The notes under the pieces were generated by a model that made no database searches, was not told the origin of the DNA, and saw only the letters and a list, made by a program, of their open reading frames with translations. A stretch of DNA of 62,601 bases, the filler included, from Chiloscyllium plagiosum (Eukaryota), in assembly GCF_004010195.1 (NCBI RefSeq). It is 3 parts of one record of this genome, joined end to end, with 100 filler letters (N's around TTAATTAATTAA, not from the genome) between each part and the next. Parts side by side here need not be neighbours in the genome. Positions count along the whole stretch, not along the records: positions 56,923 to 62,601 come from NC_057714.1; 2 more parts are not named here. One strand, 5' to 3'. Made by a program: the position numbers and the translations under genes. This document shows positions 59,901-62,601 of the stretch, in pieces. How positions within the stretch are numbered: the first letter of the stretch is position 1; every line of letters starts with the position of its first letter.

Positions 59901-62601
59901 TCTGTGGTATGTTAGCCCAGTCTCCCAACGGTATATCAGCCCGGTCTGCCTGCGGTATGTCAGCCCGATCTAAGGGCGGTATGTCAGCCTGGTCTGCCTG
60001 CGGTATGCCAGCCCGGCTCCCTGTGGTATATCTGCCCGGTCTCTCTGTGGTATGTCAGCCCGGTCTCTCTGTGGTGAGACAGCCCGGTCTGTCTGCAGTA
60101 TGTCAGTCCGGCCACTGCGCGGTATGTCAGTCCGGTCTCTGGGCGGTATGTCAACCCGGTCTCTGTTGTATATTATTCCGGACTCTGGGCGGTATGTCTG
60201 CCTGGTCTCTGTGTGGTATGTCAGCACGGTCTCTCTGCAGTATGTCAGCCCGGTCTTTCTGTGGTATGTCAGCGCGGTGTCTCTGCAGTATGTCAGTCCA
60301 GTCTCTGGGGAGTATGTCAGCCTGGTCTCTCTGCGGTATGTCAACCCGGTCTCTCTGCAGTATGTTATTCCGGTCTCTGGGCAGTATGTCTGTCCGTTAG
60401 CTGTGCGCTAAGTCAGCCCGATCTCTCTGCAATATGTCAGCCCAGTCTCTCTGTGGTAAGTCAGTCCGGTCTCTCTGCAGTATGTTAGCCCGGTCTTTCT
60501 GTGGTATGTCAGCGTGGTGTCTCTGCAGTATGTCAGACCAGTCTCTGGGGAGTATGTCAGCCTGGTCTCTCTGTGGTATGTCAGCCCGGTCTGTCAGCAG
60601 TACGTCAGCCTGGTCTCTGGGCAGTATGTCAGCCTGGTCATTCTGCGGTATGTCAGGCTGGTCTCTGGACGGTATGTCAGCCCGGTCTGTCAGTGGTATG
60701 TCAGCCTGGTCTCTGGGCGGTATGTCAACCCGGTTGACATACTGCCCAGAGACCAGGCTGACGTACTGCTGACAGACCAGGCTGACTTACCGCAGAGAGA
60801 CCCGGCTGACATATTGCTGAGATACCACATACCACATACCTCTCTGTGGTATGTCAGCCCAGTCTCTGCGTTATATCAGTCCGGTCTCTGGGCGGTATGT
60901 CTGCCCGGTCACTGGGCGTTATATCAGCCCAGTCTCTGGGCGGTAAGTCAGCCCGGTCTGTGCGGTACGTCAGCCCGGTCTCTCTTGGTATGTCAGTCCG
61001 GTCTCTCTGGGTATGTCAGCCCGGCCTCTGTGCGGTATGTCAGCCCGGTCTCTCTGCGGTATGTCAGCCCGGTCTCTCTGGATATGTCAACCCGGCCTCT
61101 GTGCGGTATGTCAGCCTGGTCTGTGTGCGAAAGATCAACCCGGTCTCTGGGCGGTATGTCAGTCCAGTCTCTGTGCGGTATGACAGCCCGGTCTGTGTGC
61201 GGTAGGTCAGCCTGGTCTCTCTGCGGTAATTCAGCCCGGTCTTTGGGCGGTATGTCAGCCCAGTCTCTGGGCGGTATGTCAGCCCGGTCTCTGTGCGGTA
61301 TGGCAGCCCGGTCTGTCTGGGTATGTCAGTCCGGTCTCTCTGCAGTATGTCTGTCTTCCCGGTCGCTGGGCGGTATGTCAGCCCGGTCTCTGTTCAGAAT
61401 GTCAGCCCGGTCTCTGTGCAGTATATCCGCCCGGTCTCTGTGTGGTATGTCAGCCCGGTCTCTCTGCGGTATGTCAGTCCGATCTCTGGGCAGTATGTCG
61501 GCCCAATCTTTCTGCAGTATGTCAGCCCGGTCTCTGTGTGGTATATCTGCCGCGTCTCTCTGAGGTGTGTTAGTCCGGTCACTGCGCGGTATGTCAGCCC
61601 GGTCTCTCTGCGGTAAGTCCACCCAGTCTCACCGCGGTATGTCAGCCCGGTCTCTCTGCGGTAAGTCCGCCCAGTCTCTCAGCAGTTTGTTAGCCTGGTC
61701 TCTGCGTTATGTCAGTCTGGTCTCTGTGCGGTATGTCTGCCCAGTCACTGGGCTGTATATCTGCCCGGTCTCTCTGCACTATGTCAGCACGGTCTCTCTG
61801 AGGTATGTCAGCCCGGTCACTGGGCAGTATGTCAGCCTGATCTCTCTGCAATATGTCAGCCCAGTCTCTGGGCTGTATGTCGACCCGGTCTCTCTGTGGT
61901 ATGTCAGCTCGGTCTCTCTGTGATATGTCAGCCAGGACTCCCGACGGTATATCAGCTCAGTCTCTCTGCGGTATGCCAGCCCGGTCTTTGTGTGATATGT
62001 CAGCCCGGTCACTCTGCGGTATGTCAGCCCGGTCGCTGGCTGGTTATTCAGCCCGGTCTCTGGGCAGTATGTCAGCCCGGTCTCTCTGCGGTAAGTCCAC
62101 CCAGTCTCTCCGCGGTATGTCAGCCCGGTTTCTCTGCGGTAAGTCCGCCCAGTCTCTCAGCAGTTTGTTAGCCTGGTCTCTGCGTTATGTCAGTCTGGTC
62201 TCTGTGCGGTATGTCTGCCCAGTCATTGGGCGGTAAGTCAGCCCGGTCTCTCTGCACTATGTCAGCACGGTCTCTCTGAGGTATGTCAGCCCGGTCACTG
62301 GGCAGTATGTCAGCCTGATCTCTCTGCAGTATGTCAGCCCGGTCTCTTGGCTGTATGTCGGCCCGGTCTCTTGGCTGTATGTCGGCCCGGTCTCTCTGTG
62401 GTATGTCAGCTCGGTCTCTCTGTGATATGTCAGCCAGGACTCCCGACGGTATATCAGCTCAGTCTCTCTGCGGTATGCCAGCCCGGTCTTTGTGTGATAT
62501 GTCAGCCCGGTCACTCTGCGGTATGTCAGCCCGGTCGCTGGCTGGTTATTCAGCCCGGTCTCTGGGCAGTATGTCAGCCCGGTCTCTCTGCGGTATGTCA
62601 G
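56923..62601 (+). repeat. 24-bp GC-rich satellite/minisatellite, consensus ATGTCAGCCCGGTCTCTCTGCGGT
   Basis: More than 200 diverged tandem units to the window end; ORFs repeat MSARSLCG, YVSPVSLR and VCQPGLSA. Confidence 0.97.

Noticed and set aside
56925..62514. Many long Cys/Ser-rich ORFs (up to 426 aa) resembling keratin-associated proteins
   Set aside because: They overlap in five frames, are broken by frameshifting monomers, and follow directly from a stop-free 24-bp unit.

Overview
Repeat-dominated vertebrate DNA, almost certainly elasmobranch (shark), judged from HE1/V-SINEs, several CR1 LINE families, L2, L1, Gypsy LTRs and abundant Penelope-like elements (PLEs). No intact protein-coding gene is recognisable. 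All long ORFs are decayed retroelement fragments or artefacts of a 24-bp satellite (56923-62601). Two 100-bp N gaps with a central TTAATTAATTAA linker split the window into three pieces whose adjacency is not guaranteed. Highlights: (1) about 20 hammerhead-ribozyme (HHR) cores from at least four PLE families, many as tiny (89-220 bp) or fold-back palindromic insertions with 12-16-bp target-site duplications (TSDs); (2) two ~710-bp Gypsy-type LTRs in INVERTED orientation, bounded by one shared 4-bp TSD (32032-35867); (3) a Tigger-like MITE splitting the CCHC zinc knuckle of an L1; (4) a 24-bp satellite with higher-order blocks and a templated inversion; (5) a few unique-sequence islands with minus-strand splice donors and a perfect DR4 site, hinting at a host gene intron or 5' region. 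Boundaries of old repeats are approximate.
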